From positions 5,042 to 69,041 of the forward strand of contig RBZT01000375.1 in assembly GCA_003693705.1 (NCBI GenBank): a DNA stretch of 64,000 nt, in the 5' to 3' direction. The translations under genes were made by a program, and so were the position numbers. Within the stretch, counting starts at the first letter, position 1. Each line of letters opens with the position of its first letter. The stretch comes from Polymyxa betae A26-41 (taxonomy: Eukaryota > Protista > Endomyxa: Phytomyxea). The notes beneath the pieces are model-generated. The model worked only from the letters and a program-made list of their open reading frames with translations. It did not search any database and was not told where the DNA came from. Positions 39,165 through 51,362 of this stretch are shown here, one piece after another.

Positions 39165-39866
39165 TTATATAATGCTCCATTTCTTTTCAAATGCGCCCAG
39201 AACGCGGCTGATAGCGGTTGAGGCTGACAAGGGATATTTCGAGACAGAAATCTCAGTATCAGTCCAGTCAACTTCACATTTGCCATGAGCGTGTGATCCA
39301 AACATGAACACGATGGGCTTATCAGGTTGCTGCATAACCCAATTGTCGATCTGAACGACTTCAGCCGTCACCGACGTGCCAACTTTGATTGCCCCGATTG
39401 GTAGATAATTGGTGACAGGATTCTTGACGATTTTCATCAACTTTTCCCGGCCATCTACCGCCCTGATACTCAGCTTGTGAAGCAGTTGGACCATCAAACC
39501 GCAGAAACGCTTGAACGTTCGAGGAATACGAATTTCTGGGTTCACTTCGATCAAAATGTTCTGAATAAAAGCAATCAGCAGAGATGAAATCACCTCAAAG
39601 CAGAGTCTCACATTTCTGGTGTGCATATAGATTTGCAGATGCCCGGATTTGTTCAAAGGACTGTCTAACAATGTCATTAGGACCTGATGGACAATATCCG
39701 CTCGATATTCAGAAGGATCTTTCTTATGCTTCAGTAACAAGAACTTGTGCTCGTCAGCATGAAGTAACTCAAATCCTTTCTTGGTCTTAACAGTTTCCAG
39801 CGAACATTTCTCCAACACGACAACGACTTTGCGTTGCGATTTCAATTCGTCGGCTTCATCCGCCAT
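39165..39866 (-). CDS. EMG1: rRNA small-subunit pseudouridine methyltransferase NEP1/EMG1
   Basis: VVLE..SLE, RADIVHQ.L..LLDSPLNK.G.LQ, IEVNP.IRIPRTFKRFCGLMVQLLHKLSI, S.YPLSA; one 51-nt intron (39561-39611). Confidence 0.96.
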   Translation of the reverse strand: MADEADELKSQRKVVVVLEKCSLETVKTKKGFELLHADEHKFLLLKHKKDPSEYRADIVHQVLMTLLDSPLNKSGHLQIYMHTRNVRLCFEVISSLLIAFIQNILIEVNPEIRIPRTFKRFCGLMVQLLHKLSIRAVDGREKLMKIVKNPVTNYLPIGAIKVGTSVTAEVVQIDNWVMQQPDKPIVFMFGSHAHGKCEVDWTDTEISVSKYPLSASTAISRVLGAFEKKWSII

Positions 39867-40530
39867 ATTGGATTCAGAAAATTGAAGAAGTCAACGACCT
39901 TACTCACGCAGTCCGCACCGCCAATTTTCACAAAATTTCTCGAAAGTTTTAGCAAGATTCTTGTATGATTATGATTGATCTTGGATCAAGATGTTGTAGT
40001 GTCATGAATTCGTTCCAGTTTGAGCCGAAACAATGAGCAATCTGTTGCTCGCTGATTACTGTATACCATTTGAAAACGGGTATCATTGCTATTCACTGCA
40101 AAAGAAAGTGATTTGTCACGGCATGACGTTTGAGAGACGAAACAGTTGAGCGTTTTCTCAATTCGTCGTGACATTGCTGCTGCATATGCTCGAATATATG
40201 TTCTTTTGAGGTGATCAAATTCAGCATCAAATCCCAGCTGTAACTGATTAAAGCAACTTTCAGCTTCACACAGCTCAAGCCCTCTTGGTTTTCTGAGTTC
40301 GCTTTTTGGATGCCAATTAGATGCTGTGTCTATAGGAGAATGCTGTTTTGAAGGAGATGACTTGATCAACTATTTGTTGCATGCATCTTGTTAAGGACAA
40401 GTTATGCAGGTCAGCTCCGATGAATAGTTAACCTCCGATCTTCTAATCACCAATGCAGATTGGTCTGTATTCTATCAATATATTCATACTGTTGATACAA
40501 TTTCAATCCTGTCAATATTGCTTGTATACA

Positions 40531-41213
40531 ATGCAGGGACAATATCCATCTATACGATTAGTTCATTTTAATCGAGTGGATCGGGCTGAGCCCATTCGTC
40601 TCGCCTTAACCATTGCTAACGTTCCCTTTGAAGATGTTCGAATCTCAGATGAAGACTGGCGTTCTATGAAACAAGAGACACCATTCGGTTTATTACCTGT
40701 TATGGATATTAATGGTGAGAGATACGCCCAGGCTAATGCACTGCTTCGATATGTTGGTAGACTTGGTGGTTTAATGCCTCAAGATACTTTACTTGTCTTG
40801 CAAATTGATCAGATTATCGGAGCCTGCGATGATCTAATTTATGCTATCAAACCAACCTTACACATTGGTGATCATCAATTGAAACAACAACAACGATCAT
40901 CATTAGCTGCTGATAAAATCCCCTTCGTGTTTAAATCCCTTGAAGATGCTGTCGGCAAAGAATCGCCTCATTTTGCTGTTGGCAAAGAACTGACCGTTGC
41001 CGATCTTGTTCTATATAATCTTATTCATTGGTTTAAAACTGGTATATCAGATTCGAAGATAATGAAAGTCAAGGTTTCTGAATATATGAAATAGGTAAAC
41101 TTGAAGGCATACCAACGGATATCGCTCAAGGCTGTGACAAGCTTTGCAGGATCTACGAAACCGTTGCAAAGAACGATCGTGTTATGCAATGGTATGGACA
41201 GCACATGCGCTGA
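40531..41213 (+). CDS. Glutathione S-transferase, sigma-like
   Basis: RAEPIRLAL...FEDVR, TPFGLLPV, QANALLRYVGRLGGLMP, G.ELTVADL; one intron. Confidence 0.9.
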
Positions 41214-41254
41214 GTTTGGTTCAATAAACGACCAGATTCCGGTTTCGATTGTGT

Positions 41255-41276
41255 AGGGTTTTAGGGTTTAGGGTTA
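41255..41276 (+). repeat. Telomere-like repeat / telo-box
   Basis: tagggttttagggtttagggtt between the GST and Nup98-like genes; related (A)ACCCTAACCCT motifs at ~447 and ~53285. Confidence 0.55.
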
Positions 41277-41531
41277 TCACAATATCTCATAACAAGTGGC
41301 GGAATTTTCGTCCCGGGTTTTCTCTTCGTTGTTTAAACATCATCTCTGCAATATAGCCTTCAAGGTCATTAGTCCCTTGTAGAGCCAGCGGTGTTGGGAC
41401 AAGCGACTATCTCTTCATCTATTCTCGCTTGGCGTCCTGCATAATTAGCTGGTTGTGTCACTCGAAACATAGCGAGTGAGATTACCACCATTCATATTAG
41501 ACCAAGCCCTGTTAATTGAAATATCAAGTCA

Positions 41532-44500
41532 ATGTCATTTGGAGGATTTGGAACGAATCCGACCACGTCCTGTACTGATCTCATATTTCGGTTTCATCAG
41601 ATTTTAACATTTTATTAGCTTTTGGTACGTCGACATTCGGCCAACCTGCCCAACAGACCAGTGTATTTGGTGCTTCAACACCAACCAGCACGTTTGGATC
41701 TCAGCCGGCTGCTCCATCGACCACATCAGCATGGCCATCGTTTGGTAATACGGCCACAACTGGATTTGGGGCATCTCCAGCCCCGAATACCAATGTTAAA
41801 GCTGGGACCCAACATACCCCATATACAACCACTACTGAAGCTACTGGTAAAGGACGACTTATCGCTATCACAGCCATGCCTGCTTACAAAGACAAATCTT
41901 TCGAAGAACTTCGCTATGAAGATTATTGCAGTCTAAAGGGTCAGACGCCGGTCCCTACGATGCAGCCATCGTCGGCCGCTGCTGGGTTCGGGGCCAGTAC
42001 GCCGTTCGGGTCGTCCTCGGCCTCGACCGGGTTTGGAGCGACGCCCAATACGACCCCAGCCGGCGGGTTTGGGGCCAGTTCGTCAACGACGACCCCGGGA
42101 ACTTCGTCATGGGGAACGTCTTCAGGATTCGGTGGCTCAACAACATCAACGTTCGGATCTGGACTTGCGAGTAACACGACATCGACGTTCGGTCAACCAG
42201 CCTCGTCGCCGTTTGGTGCGTCGACGACAACGACGACGCCTTCGTTCGGGTTTGGCTCTTCACAACCATCAACTTCTGGATTCGGAACGTCGGCATCGAC
42301 AACTACCGGGTTTGGTTCAGCAGCACCTTCTACAACTGGATTTGGGACGACGCCATCAACCGGATTTGGAGCATCTTCGACAACATCTGGCTTTGGTTCA
42401 ACAACAGCTCCAAATACAGGATTTGGGACATCAACGTTTGGTTCGACACCTGCTGCAACTACCGGATTTGGAACCTCAACATTTGGTCAACCTTCAACAG
42501 CGCCGTCAACATTTGGCACTTCAACATTCGGTAATACTCCAGCACCATCAACACCAGCATTTGGACAATCAACAACTCCATCTACTGGTCTATTCGGTAC
42601 GACACAAACACCACCTTCAACTGGTGGATTTTTTGGATCAACCACAACACCATCAACTAATGGTTCGCTATTTGGTAACACACAACCTACTACAGGTACT
42701 ACAACCGGAGGGCTGTTCGGACAGCCAGCGGTCAGTACGACGACCGGTGGGCTGTTCGGGCAGCCGTCAACAACCGCACAGCCTTTCGGATCCGCCACGA
42801 CCACACCAGCTCCATCTAATAGTTTATTCGGCACAACAACTACAACGCCGTCTACGGGAGGTGATACCCGCCCCTGCTAATGCTTCAATGGCATGATTTT
42901 GATTGGGTTTTAGGGTTATTTGGGTCGACAGCAACGGCCCAGCCAAGTGGTGGCCTGTTCGGTCAGCAGAATAAACCAGCTGCAAGTTCACCTTTTTCAT
43001 TCGGTTCTGCAACGACAGCAGCTCCATCAACAACGACTGCATTTGGATCAACTAGTGGTGGTTTATTTGGTTCACAACCAACATCAACCACAGCACCATC
43101 ATCTTCAACAACGTCTCTATTTGGTACAACACAACAGCCTACCACTACATCACCTTCAACCAATTTCGGATTTGGTGCAGCCCCATCAACCCAACCCTCA
43201 ACAAGCTTGTTTGGAGGTATTATTCAATACTGTTAGTATTGTAGTTGATTCCGATCCGCTTTAGGTACATCTACAACAACACCTGCTGCCGCTCCCTCAT
43301 CATTTTCTTTCGGGGCGACGCCTTCTACAACATCGGCCACTCAGCCCTCTTTATTTGGAACTGGGCAGCAATCATCTTTATTCGGAGCTGGATCGACTGC
43401 AGCTAAACCTGCAACCACATCATTATTTGGAACTCCTTCAACTACAACACCATCATCAACTTTCCAGTTTGGTTCGGCACAGCCAACATCAACATTGCCT
43501 TCAACACAACCATCCCTTACAGGTTTATACCGATTCACAACATTGTTATCTTCTAATTGTTTTATAAGGAGGATTATTTGGAGGTTTTGGGACACCAAGT
43601 ACCAGTACACAGTTAACTGTAACCACTCCTCAAACACAGCTACAACAACGTAAGCTATTCAGCTCGTAATCCTTCAATCAGCGATTAACGCTCGCTTTAG
43701 TTCAGACGCAGCTCAAGCCACCGCCTTCTATTGATTCGAATCCGTTCGGTCTTAAAGAGCTTCCAGAAAAACGGCCCGATTCCACAAATTTAACTTTCCA
43801 ATCTTCTACACCTGCGGCAACGCCTAAAACAGGCAATGATCACTCTTTTATTTTGTTTCGTTGATCTAATTCTCTTATAGCCTTACAACATCCTGGGTTT
43901 ACAAGTACAAAACCAACACCGCAATCGGTTGCCCGATTAAGAACACGAGTCCGACATGCTGGCCCAATGACCCCCACAGCATCTCTTTCCCCATTTGATG
44001 ACAAGATTTTCTCAATTTCAACGTTGACTTCCGCATCCAAGGTGAGCGCATGATTTTTCGTTTGCTGTTCCAGTTGCTTACAATTTTCTAGTCTGTAATT
44101 CCGAAAGTGTTCCGTCCTCAAATGCCACCCAAAGTTCAGCTTGATGAACGACCAGCAACTCCTGTTCAATCGCCGCCTATTGTTAATGGAACTCGTTCTG
44201 CTCTAAATCATACTGCCAACTCATCCCATGTGGAAGATGGTCGCAGAAGGTAAAGTCGCCTATCGCCCGCTGTGGGTACTTTATAAAATGTATTCGTAGT
44301 TTGAACTCGGTGTTGGAAAGTCCCGTTCCTAGCTCACCGGCCACATTAAATTCAAGGGCATTACTCACGAATTGTCGTTCTCTAGCAGATCGTGGATATC
44401 GTTTCACACCTTCGTTGCAAGCTCTCGAGTCAATGTCAGAAAATCAGCTTCGCTGCGTAACTTTGCAGATTATGAAGGATGGATGCGGGTTTGCTCGTTG

Positions 44501-44849
44501 GACTGATTTTGATCTATTGACGTGGGCCAATCACGGTGCGAAATCCTACCTTTGTCAACCTCTTTATATTGAACTGGGTGAAATAGACTTAACCGAACTG
44601 ATCTCGATCACTGAAAAGACTGTCAAGTTGAAGGGTCCTGCTAAACGTGGCAATGTTATTTGTGGCATCAAAGCCAAAACCGAGGTTCAGAATTCCAAAG
44701 GCTACGAAGAAAAAGTTCGACAGTTTATGGCTGCGAAAGGATTCGAGCTGCTGGGTCTTGAAGATGGTTATTACAGCTTCAAATGCAATTTTGGCGAAAG
44801 TCTGAGCGCTGCAACAACACCTTCAGTTCCGCCTTTCAAGATTCGTTAA
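41532..44849 (+). CDS. NUP98: Nup98-family FG nucleoporin (FG/GLFG repeats, GLEBS, divergent C-terminal APD/peptidase S59-like domain)
   Basis: Abundant FG/LFG/GGLFG repeats; GLEBS ITAMPAYKDKSFEELRYEDY; IDSNPFG; C-terminal GYRFTPSL..L..MS..QL..V..GCG...W..IDL..LI.I. Confidence 0.88.
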
Positions 44850-44950
44850 CCTATATCATGCAAAGTGTTTATTATAAAGAAAAAGCAAAATTATATCTGT
44901 GAGTGGAATTAATTTTAAAAAACATATTACAGTTTATTGTGAATATAAAT

Positions 44951-45467
44951 CTAATGGATGGTCTCCTTTACAGAATCAAAAGTTTCAACAGTTGCCTCTG
45001 TCCTTCGAGGCTCCTCTTCAAATAGCGCCTTATATCTTTCAGGATGACGATTCATGCAATCTGACACGAATTTCTGTAAGCTGACACTTGCATAAAGAAA
45101 AAATAAAAGCTGTACCAGAATACGACATCATCAAAGCGCGACATATTTCCATATCCTTGTTCTGTTTCTCACACAACCTGAAGCATTTATAAGCTGGGGC
45201 GAACTGCTGTCCACAGGGTCCGGTTAATTCGGAACGAAAACATCTAAGAAATCAATCAACAAATGCTTTCAATCTGCTGTGTGTTTTCCAACGGGGGACA
45301 GCGTTCATCGGCAGCTAACTCATCAAGTGTTTTGCTATCCCAATCAAGTTCCAGGGATTCTATCAGATATTAATGGAACGCTTATGCACTGAAACCACCT
45401 GACCAACGTATTGCTTTTGAATTTCGTCGTCGGATGTCAGCGTATTTCGCCCGTCATCCTTCGACAT
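44951..45467 (-). CDS. MIA40/CHCHD4-like twin CX9C protein (absent from the ORF track; 4 short exons)
   Basis: Spliced product ...LDWDSKTLDELAADERCPPCFRSELTGPCGQQFAPAYKCFRLCEKQNKDMEICRALMMSYSDCMNRHPERY...; two CX9C motifs, GPCG and CM..HP..Y. Confidence 0.8.
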
Positions 45468-45634
45468 TATTCGTCCTACTGGTTTTTGCTGAACCTGAAA
45501 GCAGTAACAAAACAATTGCGCACACTGAATTTTTTTGCTTTTTCAACAAACCCTACACAAGGTCTAGCGAACGACAGGAATTAGGAAAAAGCACAGATAA
45601 GATTTAGATTGAGAGAATAACAGTTTAATTGAAC

Positions 45635-46472
45635 TTAGTTCATGGTACGAATCATCTCGTTAATCTTCTCCTCACGGTTACCGGCCTCACCACCTTCGTT
45701 GAAGTGAAGACGCTTCTTGGACATACCGCCCAATGGCGACGATAGCTTGAAGGGCCAGAGGAAGTTGGCGACCTCCTTGAACTGAGGACCACAAGTGTAC
45801 AACTCATGGATAATATCTTCGACACAGATAATACCATATCGGCCCAGGGCTTGCTCAACCAACTTGTTGTTGGTCAAAGGAATACGCTGCTTGTTAATCT
45901 TGCCGAAACCACGCTTGTAGACAAGTTCGCGAACCGATTTCAAGTTCGGGTATCCATAGGTGATGTAAGGCTCAACCATACGAAGCATGTTGATGGTAGC
46001 CTTGTTCAACTTGATGAAGACACCATTGAAGATCTGCTTCAGACGCAGAAGCTGTAAGATCTTACGAACCTTGGGGGAAGTTCGGTTGATACCACGGATA
46101 CGAACAACGAATGCAATCTAATGGAAACTAAGCAGATGTTTCTCATGATCAGCTCCTAAATCTAAATACCTTGGCTTCAGGCGGGACGTAGAAGTTACCA
46201 GCAGCCTTAGCCTGACGACGGAGATGGATCTCGCTGCGTTCCAGCTGTCTGTACTCCTTAACGTAGGCTTCAGCACGCTTGAAGATGACCTTGCGCTTAG
46301 CTTTCAACGTCTTCTTGTAGGTGGAGATACGTTCGAGACGCTTAGAGTTGATCTCTTCAAGAGTCTTACGCTTCTTCAGCACCGATTCGGGCACCGGAAC
46401 CCTATTTAACGTCAAATTTCGGCCTCAACAAGGCTAGCGAGAGAGCTAAACGTACATGCTTTCGGCAGCCAT
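45635..46472 (-). CDS. RPL7: 60S ribosomal protein L7 (uL30)
   Basis: [67 protein letters not shown]; 2 introns. Confidence 0.97.
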
Positions 46473-46937
46473 TGGGGGGTATCGGCGTCTGGTGGATATG
46501 AAGGACCAGATGGAGATTTGTCACCGCTACGGACTTGACGGACTGCGTGAATTTTCCATTCTCTTTACAATCTATATGATTAAAGCCCCTAATAATATCT
46601 CAGTTTTTGTCTTTATTTTCACTAAAATGCAAGGTCGCTGTTTAAATGTACTTTTATGTATGAGCATTCATTTGATAGCATATTTTTTATTGTTTGGTTT
46701 CCATTAATATTCTAGCTTCTCAACTCGGTTGCTGTTCAAAAGATATTCTTATTTCATCACAAGAATAACCATCGCATTTGAGGATGTATTGCTTATGTAG
46801 CGATATCAGTGGTTATAATAACCGTTTAATCTTCATTATGGTAGGGTTGCCTCCCCATAGAATTCTGTATTGTAGCAAAGGTGCTAAGCCTACATGTTGC
46901 GAATACATTTAACTCGATACGATGAAATGGATAAAAT

Positions 46938-49753
46938 TTAATGGGTGAGTTTGTACAAGAGGGATTTCTTTCTCTTTGATAATTCAGATTCCTTAGCACG
47001 AATGTCGTTCATCAGAGCTTCTGCCAAAAAAGCCTTGCCTTCTTCGTTCAGGCGCCGATCGCCAGCCTGAAAAATCTCGTTGACGATCTCTTTTGAATCC
47101 AAGGAATGGTCCTTATTCTTCACTTCCAACGCAAGCTCAAACGGGATCGTCCCTTGACCGTCTTGCACCATGAGATCAATATTCGGATGATTCAGCAGTA
47201 GTCTAACTGCTTCCAGTTCTGTCTGAAGACATGCTAGATGCAGGATCGTACCACCATGCTTGCCGATCGGCACATTCGGATTAGTTCTTTCATCTTGCAG
47301 CAATGCGCGCAGCACTCCAGGGCACGAACTTGTCAGTAAATCGAATCCCTCATTCTTGTAAGCGTACTGAAGCGGAGTCAATCCCGCTTTATTCTCAATA
47401 TTGGGATTAACTTGCGAAGCAAGAATCTGATTCATTAAGTCAACCACCTCTTGTCGCTTGTCCAGTTCGAGACAGTGAAAGTTGGCAAGAATATGCATGA
47501 TAGTATTACCGTCCTCATCAATCGGAACGTTGCAGTCCGTTCGTGGATCAGATAACAGCCTCTTGGTCAGCGGGCCAATGTACAGTTCGTGAGACTTTGC
47601 ACGATGGTCTTTATGTTCCTGGTCGAATTTGTATGCAATCTGGAAAGGGGTTTCTGTTGCTGCGTTGCGTGCATTGAGGTTAGTGCTCTGAAGACTCAAA
47701 AGGATTTGGATTGCTTTGCTGTCACCAGTACGGCAAGCAATATGAAGTAAAGTATCACCAGCGTCATTGATAAGTTCACTGGCATCGACACGTGGACATC
47801 CAAGCAGCATCTTTGTGAGATCTCCTATTCGCGGCGAATAAGACGTCCGCTGATTGTCGTACTGGTATGCGACATATAGAGCGGTTTTTGAGAAGGCATT
47901 TGGTTGGTTGACATCGGTGTTGCGATTGTTGAGCAATAGCTTAATGGCAACAAGATTCGGCTTCTCGCATGCATAATGAAGCAGCGTATTACGCTCACTA
48001 CCAATTTTGATATCAGGAACCACTCGATCATGTTGAAGAAGGAGCCCCAGAATACTTTGTGAAGGATTGTCCAGATGCAATTCGCTGTGCTTTCTAAGTA
48101 TTTGTTGGTTGATCAGGCGAAGATCTTCAAGGTCAAAAGCAATCTCGATAGGAGTTTTGCCATCACGACCTCTCATATTCACATTCGTCCGCTTATGAAT
48201 TAAAAGCATCCGGACGGTACCGTAGTCATGTTTTCGACATGCCATGTGAATCAATGCATCCTTGTCAATCACCATGTTTGGATCGGTATTAATGTTTCCC
48301 AGAAGTGCTTCGATGATTGAGGCTTGGGTTGTAGAGATCGGCTGGGCAACATCATAACCCCAGCTTATGGTTGGTCCCGTCAGGACAAAATCGCGATATT
48401 CATTCGCTTCATAGGCAACGTGCAGAGGTGTACGACCAAAACGATTGACTGAATTTACAGGAGCGCCAGGATGCTTCATCATAGCTTTCACGGCCAACAA
48501 CTCACGGTTTCTGCATGCAATGTGTAGATAAGTATCCTCATTGATATTCCATTTTTGGTCGGTGATGTTCGTTCCAGCATTTTTCAAGAATGGTACAGTT
48601 AGCTTGCCGATGGAGTACTGATCTCTTGGGGGGTGATTATCTTTATCGAAAGCTTTTTTGAACAGCTCATCAACATCATTGAACGGCAGAGTTAGTAGTA
48701 AATCGAGAGCATAATCAAGATCATCGCGTACTTCGAGAAGAAGTGAATCAAGTTTGTCAGTTGCTAGATGAAGAACAGTATCGTCATCCTCATTTTCAAT
48801 ATTCGGATCCAGGTCTTTTGAATATCGCACAAGATACTCCAGAATAGAATCAGCAGGGTTCAATAGCTTGCTGCTTCCAGTAGTTGAGGATTCTCCATCC
48901 TGGGATACGATGCTCTGATGGTCACCATGTAAGAGATGGAGGAACGCCAGATGCAATGGGGTGTTCCCGTGAGCATCTTGACTATTAACGTTAAACTTTC
49001 CTCTTTGCATCAGGCATTCCATCATCTTTGGATCGGAGCAATACTGAGCGACCAGATGCATGGCTGTACGACCGAGAGGATCACTGCGCTCATAAGAGAT
49101 CTTGGGTTTTTTCAGGATGCGTTTTGCCTCAAAGTAACGTCCATAGCGGCAGGCAGCAAGCAGGGGAGTAATGCCATAGATATTCGGCCGATCTGATGGC
49201 AGATTTTTTAACCTGCTCAGATTGTAAAGTCTCTTCTTGGTTGGATCCCGTAATATCGCCTCCAGATATGCGTCGTTTCCTTTCCAATTTTGGAATCCTG
49301 CTAAGACTCGATAGTATGGATCAATCAGCAAATATGGGACATTGGCCGTAATTTTTGCTGAACATTCCGGTGGTAGAATGTTCAGATAAGTTGGAGTGTC
49401 GGATGGTGTCAAGATTCCCATGACGATCTCCTTAACTTGGTCGTGAGTAGGCTTTTTACCACATAAGTCGTTGATGCGAGAAGCGAATGATTCTGCAGTA
49501 TCGTCGCTGAATCTTTGAATCTCAGCTCTCATAGGTGAGCTAATCCATTCGTATTCTGTATCGAGAACTTTTTCATGCACAAACGGCTGGTTGCTGGATG
49601 CAGGGGAATACCAATCCTGTTCTGATGCGGCATCTAAATTTCGCTTAAATTGCAGAATGTTTCATATCTACACTCCTGTTTACCGATTTTCTGTCCTGAA
49701 CACACGAAATGAATGACGATGGTGACAATCAGGATCGGGTCGGAGCGAAACAT
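46938..49753 (-). CDS. Secreted ankyrin-repeat protein (about 920 aa), candidate effector
   Basis: Exon 1 MFRSDPILIVTIVIHFVCSGQK (signal-peptide-like) spliced GT-AG to a 2.7-kb exon with many ankyrin motifs (GITPLLAAC, GNTPLHLA, GRTPLHVA, GDTLLHIAC, GGTILHLAC). Confidence 0.88.
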
Positions 49754-50241
49754 GGTCGTATAATTGGGAATAGGTCGTAAAGGGTGTCTGCTAATGACAA
49801 GCGAGAATGGAGAAATGAGGTTGGGTTAGCAGGGTTACACTGGAACATGCGTCATTGCAGGTTACGCATGACTGACACCTTATGTAACGTAGACTGTTGC
49901 ATGGTTGATACCACTTTTTTTCGACTAGTTTTCGACCAAGTTGAGCATAGTGTGTGCTACATGCCAAACTTGTTATAAATGTACTCTACAGAAACTTGCA
50001 GAACTTTCTCAGTTGAACGCTGAAAAACAGTGCTAGCTAAATAATCAATGTCTTTGGCATTCAACGCGATCTGCCTTCATCGTCTGGACAGTTTCCATCG
50101 TCAGTCATTGTAACGTAAGACTAAGGAAATTTAGTTTTTCAAGCGTTTACTGGATATCTTACCAATCTTAAGACCCAGAACCCTAATGCCAAGCGACCTA
50201 TTTCGGGACATCCGCAATGGAGTCGCAGTGATGATCGCTTT

Positions 50242-51228
50242 CTAACGAGTACGATTCAGATTTCTTGCTTCTTCAGTAGCATCGTGAACGCTAACTGCTG
50301 CAACAATAGTGGCAGGACGACATATATGTGCTTGCAATGTATATCGTTGGACCTTGATCAATGGCACCATCAGGATCGACAGCAATTGCTGCCGGGCAGC
50401 CCGTTGAACGTTTTTGGGTCGCAAGCCGTTGACCCATAAACATATTTGTGGTGATTCAAACTCAATCGAGGATATCGAAGGTTTGTGGCTGGCAATTTAA
50501 AAGAATGAAATTAATGAAGCTGCAGAGTGGTAGGTAGCGATTATCTTCAGGATTTAGGTTCCAGCGTACTCACTACGCAAGTCAAAGGCAGGTCAGGTCA
50601 TTGGTCGATTCAACCATCAAGAACTGGGTTTACTCATCATTTCCCTTCCGGAAACGCATCTCCACGATTCGAGCGCCAATCGAAACGTTCTCCATCCGCC
50701 AAAATTGACCTGGCCTGCCCAGACAGCTCATATGCCTTTCTGCATCGATTTCAACAAGTAAGGCGGCATGCAACATTTCAGAGCAGCTGAATGAGGCGTT
50801 ATCTCATTCTCGTTTGCATATTACAGTTGGATGAGCTCAGTATTTTCATCTCCCTGGGGTACCCGAAAAGCAATCGTAATTCAATGGATGTTCATTGTCG
50901 ATTATGTCCCAGGCGATTCAGTTCCTGTATCAATGCTCGAATGGATGATTCCATGTCGTAAAACCTGTGAAGCTGAGGTCGGGCAGCATGAATACTAGAG
51001 TGGACGTATAACTATTGACAGAAATACGACGTCTGAGCGATATTGATATCCTTACTGCGTCCATTCTCGATTTTCTTTCTGGCTTTGAGAAGCTCAAATT
51101 GCTCTGTCTCTGTTCAGATCTGGACCGAATATCGTAGTGCTGAGATTGCAAGAATGAGGTTAGGAGAACTCACGTCATCGTGACAAACTCGCTTTAATAA
51201 ACTCGTAGAACATTTCCCTTTTCTCATT
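50242..51228 (-). CDS. Hypothetical multi-exon gene
   Basis: Several short exons bounded by gtgagt/gtcgta/gtaata/gtaaac...ag (e.g. ELLKARKKIENG, FYDMESSIRALIQE, ELIQLCSEMLHAALL); one junction unresolved. Confidence 0.35.
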
Positions 51229-51362
51229 TCAGGGTTTTGGACCGGATTAGGTTATAACAACTACGCCCTCTATGATATTTTCAGAATTGAATGAAAGAAC
51301 TTGAAAGTTGAACCTACAGTACTGTACCTAATACTTTCGTAACGTTACAAATCAAATAAATC

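Noticed and set aside
41926-43637. Long alternative-frame and antisense ORFs over the Nup98-like gene (e.g. 42033-42896, 42487-42834)
   Set aside because: Shadows of the low-complexity T/S/G/FG coding sequence
50425-50505. IEGLW-like motif reminiscent of Merlin/ISXO2 transposases
   Set aside because: Very short and frame-broken; the opposite strand reads as an exon of a hypothetical gene
50587-50719. 14-bp inverted repeat (ggcaggtcaggtca / tgacctggcctgcc) suggesting a structured RNA or MITE
   Set aside because: No SRP, snoRNA or RNase P consensus and no TSD recognised; overlaps a probable exon/intron
50854-50909. Possible intron with a non-GT/GC donor (GG or GA)
   Set aside because: Gene model uncertain and an upstream in-phase GC donor exists; needs cDNA
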